A stretch of 64,000 nt of DNA from Planctomycetota bacterium (GTDB lineage Bacteria; Planctomycetota; UBA11346): positions 1 through 64,000 of the forward strand of contig JBBRLJ010000028.1 of NCBI GenBank assembly GCA_038231435.1, given 5' to 3'. The position numbers were made by a program, and so were the translations under genes. The notes under the pieces were generated by a model. It was not told where the DNA came from, did not search any database, and worked only from the letters and a program-made list of their open reading frames with translations. Shown one piece after another: positions 61,897 to 64,000 of this stretch. Positions within the stretch are counted from its first letter, which is position 1; each line of letters begins with the position of its first letter.

Positions 61897-64000
61897 CTAT
61901 GCCGGCCGGAGCCGGGTGCCACGCTCGCATGCGCTTGCTCGGATGGCGTCGCCATGCTGGCGCGCCGCGAGCGGCAGCCGCTGCAGTCGCCAGAACAGGG
62001 ACGTGCCCAGCACCAGGGCGAGACCTGATCCGAGCCCGCACGAGACGTGGGAGTGGCCGCCGCCATCCGTCGACGCGCCCCCGTGAGCGGGTGGCGCGGC
62101 CGGTGATGCAGCCGCTACGCCTATGGACAACGTAACGATCAGCGTGCCCGTGCCGTCGGCATTGCTCGCCGAGACGGTGATGGACGAGGTCCCGAGCGCG
62201 GTCGGGACACCGCTGATCAGGCCGGTGGCGGCGTCCAGCGACAGGCCTGTGGGCAGGCCGCTCGCCGAGAAGCTGGTGGGGGCATGGCTGGCGGTGATCG
62301 CATAGCTGACGACCGCGCCGGGCGCTGCGCTGATGGACACGCCCGAGGTGATCACCGGCGAGGACACGGCCGAAGCCTTTACCAGGATCAGCGACGCGTG
62401 CGGCGCGATGACGACGCTCCCGGATCGACGCAGTCCATCCATGTCGACGTAATCCTCGGAGAGCGCGACCGTGCGCGGCGTGCCGCCGCGATTGCATTCG
62501 AAACGCATGCACGCGTCGGGATCGGTGAGCGCGACCACGGCCGGGCAGAGCCGGACATTGTCCATCCAGAACGGGCCATGGGCGCTCGATTCGTTGAAGT
62601 CGAAATCGACCATCGGGCTGGCGGTGTCGACGGGCGCGGTGAACAGGTATTCGCGTTCACCGCGCGACGTACCAACGCCTCCGAAGCTCGACGGCGCGAG
62701 GCGCTCGCCCGCGAGGTTGCGCAGGTAGACCTCGAAGGACAGCTCCCCAGAAGCGATCGCCGAGAAGCGCAGCACGTACGACTTCGTCGACTGCACCGCC
62801 TGGACTCCGAAGGTGAGGATCGACGGATTCGGGGTGCCCGAGGCCGGCTGGAAGCCGAATTGCATGGCTCCGCCATCGAGCCTGCCGCCGCTGTTCCACG
62901 ACACCGTCGCGTTGTTCGCCACCGACCACGCGCCGGCATCGTTGGTTCCGGCGTCGAATGTCGGGTTCCCGTACAGGTTCGCGCCCAGTGACGATACCGT
63001 GTACGGCGCGATCCTGACCGCTGCGGTCCGCGACGCGCCGTCGCGCAAGGAGTGGCTCTTCCAGCGCTGGAGATCATGCGCCACCGCCACCTGACCATTG
63101 ATCTTGGTGGTGATGGTGAAGCCGCCGTCCTGTGCGCGAGCATCCAGGGGACGGGCGTAGCAGTTGCGGTCGAAGGGGCCGAACTGGCCGAAGTCGTCGG
63201 CGTCGGACCACAGATCGAGGACCAGCTGGTGGGACGTGCGCGAGCAGAAGATATTGTCGGTGGACACCACGTTCCTGATCGGATCGGTGCCCGGCGAATT
63301 GAAGGAATGATCCATGAGCATCTGCCGACCGTTGCCGAATACGGTGTTGCCGGTGATGGCGATGTCGTGGGCGTTGTGCAGGAAGATCCCCGAGGCGCTG
63401 CAGTAGGCGATGCTGTTCCCGGACAACTCCACGTTCGGAGTGTTGTCATCCAGGTAGATGCCGTGCGAGTATCCGGCGGTGGTTTCGGTGCCGGCCGGAG
63501 CGCCGATGCCGTTGAGCACGATGTTGCCCACCACCCGGCGGCGGGTGAACGCCGGCGGGTTCATGCCGCTGTAGGTGTAGATCCCGCCGCCGTCGTCCTT
63601 CAACAGGCCGAATCCGTCGATGACGTTGTCGCGGACCAGGACGTCGTTGCCCTGGAAATTGATGGCGATGTACCCGGTGCGTTCGATGGAGTTGTCCTCG
63701 ACGATCGAGCCGTCGCCGAAGGCCATGATCGCCTGGTAGGTGCCATCTCCGCTGCCGCCCATGCCGGCGATCACCGCGGTGTCGGTGATCGCGTTGCCCC
63801 GGATCACCGCGTGCGGACCTTCCGGATAGGCGCAATCGATGGCGATGTTGCCGGTCCAGGCGATGGCGCAGCGCTCGATGGCGATATGGTCGGATCCCGA
63901 TCCCAGCACCGCGTCATTCCCGGAGCAGGCGATGGTGCAGTCCTGGACGCGGATCCCCACCGAGCCGTGCGCATCGATGGCGTCGCGGTTCGCCTCCAGC
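61897..64000 (-). CDS. Parallel beta-helix protein with carbohydrate-binding-like and Ig-like domains and a C-terminal anchor (5' end outside window)
   Basis: GIYLD.N..N....GN repeats, DGGGIY, ASGLP.GLS.D..TG.ISG.PT, C-terminal GGG....CGLGSGLA plus hydrophobic/basic tail. Confidence 0.85.
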   Translation of the reverse strand, partial: LEANRDAIDAHGSVGIRVQDCTIACSGNDAVLGSGSDHIAIERCAIAWTGNIAIDCAYPEGPHAVIRGNAITDTAVIAGMGGSGDGTYQAIMAFGDGSIVEDNSIERTGYIAINFQGNDVLVRDNVIDGFGLLKDDGGGIYTYSGMNPPAFTRRRVVGNIVLNGIGAPAGTETTAGYSHGIYLDDNTPNVELSGNSIAYCSASGIFLHNAHDIAITGNTVFGNGRQMLMDHSFNSPGTDPIRNVVSTDNIFCSRTSHQLVLDLWSDADDFGQFGPFDRNCYARPLDARAQDGGFTITTKINGQVAVAHDLQRWKSHSLRDGASRTAAVRIAPYTVSSLGANLYGNPTFDAGTNDAGAWSVANNATVSWNSGGRLDGGAMQFGFQPASGTPNPSILTFGVQAVQSTKSYVLRFSAIASGELSFEVYLRNLAGERLAPSSFGGVGTSRGEREYLFTAPVDTASPMVDFDFNESSAHGPFWMDNVRLCPAVVALTDPDACMRFECNRGGTPRTVALSEDYVDMDGLRRSGSVVIAPHASLILVKASAVSSPVITSGVSISAAPGAVVSYAITASHAPTSFSASGLPTGLSLDAATGLISGVPTALGTSSITVSASNADGTGTLIVTLSIGVAAASPAAPPAHGGASTDGGGHSHVSCGLGSGLALVLGTSLFWRLQRLPLAARQHGDAIRASACERGTRLRPA

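Overview
This is a GC-rich bacterial window. The Ser/Thr kinases, FHA protein and Gld-like ABC system suggest a Planctomycetota-like host, but that is inference. The left ~24.5 kb looks like an accessory island ending at a tyrosine integrase beside tRNA-Asp/tRNA-Val. It carries signal-transduction genes, a cheW-MCP-MCP-porin-SBP cluster with divergent cheR/cheD, GH92 and GH63-like glycosidases, a KaiA-less kaiC2/kaiB pair, and a RAYT/Y1 transposase whose flanking inverted repeat abuts a 5'-truncated integrase. The right part holds a PilZ-like/coiled-coil gene plus a MamK-like actin with no other magnetosome genes, tRNA-Glu, a Gld-like ABC operon, a SagB-type oxidoreductase, xth, two tandem non-RD kinases, class II RNR (nrdJ) with NrdR boxes, and secreted proteins. 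The most notable signal is a ~90-105 nt multibranch structured element with compensatory stem changes. It occurs three times complete and once as a half copy. Each complete copy lies directly upstream of the RBS of a four-helix-bundle (23S-IVS/bAvd-like) gene or gene remnant, within 7/8-mer tandem repeats. It forms an intact convergent cassette at 44.8-46.1 kb and an apparently internally deleted relic at 36.4-36.9 kb. All family calls come from motif recognition, not database searches.
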